A stretch of 63,020 nt of DNA, filler included, from Dugesia japonica (lineage: Eukaryota): NCBI GenBank assembly GCA_001938525.1. It is 6 parts of 6 records of this genome, joined end to end, with 100 filler letters (N's around TTAATTAATTAA, not from the genome) between each part and the next. Parts side by side here need not be neighbours in the genome. Positions count along the whole stretch, not along the records: positions 54,436 to 63,020 come from MQRL01518273.1; 5 more parts are not named here. One strand, given 5' to 3'. Each line of letters begins with the position of its first letter. The first letter of the stretch is position 1. The notes beneath the pieces were generated by a model. It did not search any database, was not told the DNA's origin, and saw nothing but the letters and a program-made list of their open reading frames with translations. The translations under genes were made by a program, and so were the position numbers. Below, one piece after another: positions 62,357 to 63,020 of this stretch.

Positions 62357-63020
62357 TACTTAAAATATGTAATAAAAATATGAATAATGCTTGTATTTAT
62401 CTTCTTTCCTGTAATACTTTTGTATATAGAAATACGTTATTATAAAATTTTAACTTAAAAATAATTAATTAAAGCATTTCAATAAATTTTAATATAAAAA
62501 TTTCTTAATAAATAAAGCACTCCTAAATTTATTAAAGCACTTTCTAAATTAGAATAAGACTTTAATTAAATATGTTTTTAAATTGATTTGATTTTTAAGT
62601 ATTTCAAATGTAGATTGCGGGAAATAAAAAAGTAAACCCGGGTTCTAAATGTACTAAAATAAAAACAGAATTTTAAAAATTGATCGCAAATAGCGGGGAA
62701 ACGCGAATATACGGGCACGTATAAATGGAGTTTCACTTTAAATAAAATTAACAAAATTTATTCATATATTTATTTTTAATAAAATTTTNNNNNNNNNNNN
62801 NNNNNNNNNNNNNNNNNNNNNNNNNNNNNAGAAAATTGTTAAATATGTAAATAAATTGAAACCAGAGAAAATTATAATTTTTTTTATTTATTAAATCAAC
62901 ATTATTTATTTAAGTCCTTAAAAGACGAGAATAACGATATGGTAACAGTAAACATTATTGATAATTTATTGTCACACAACTTGTTTTTACATGTATTATT
63001 GATTTCTTCGAATTTGTCAG

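Overview
This is very AT-rich eukaryotic DNA. The composition, transposon spectrum and p66 gene suggest an invertebrate, probably a planarian flatworm (inference). The window is not contiguous: five artificial 100-bp N44-TTAATTAATTAA-N44 spacers join six separate contigs. Two host genes are visible: the last three exons of a p66/GATAD2-type NuRD subunit, and an intronless 1568-aa ABCA-type transporter whose two ATPase domains are both degenerate. The rest is mobile DNA. (1) A ~10-kb decayed Polinton/Maverick (adintovirus-like) endogenous virus with a zinc-finger pPolB and a penton-pX-hexon-protease block in adenovirus-like order. (2) Two Ty3/Gypsy remnants. (3) Penelope-like fragments plus a family of minimal hammerhead-ribozyme motifs with covarying stems. 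(4) A 4.5-kb TG...CA element with a 4-bp target duplication that carries an apparently spliced coiled-coil/bZIP-like gene but no transposition enzyme. (5) mariner, maT, Tigger, IS630/Tc1, hAT and Helitron-like DNA transposons and MITEs. All calls come from motif reading by eye; no database searches were run.
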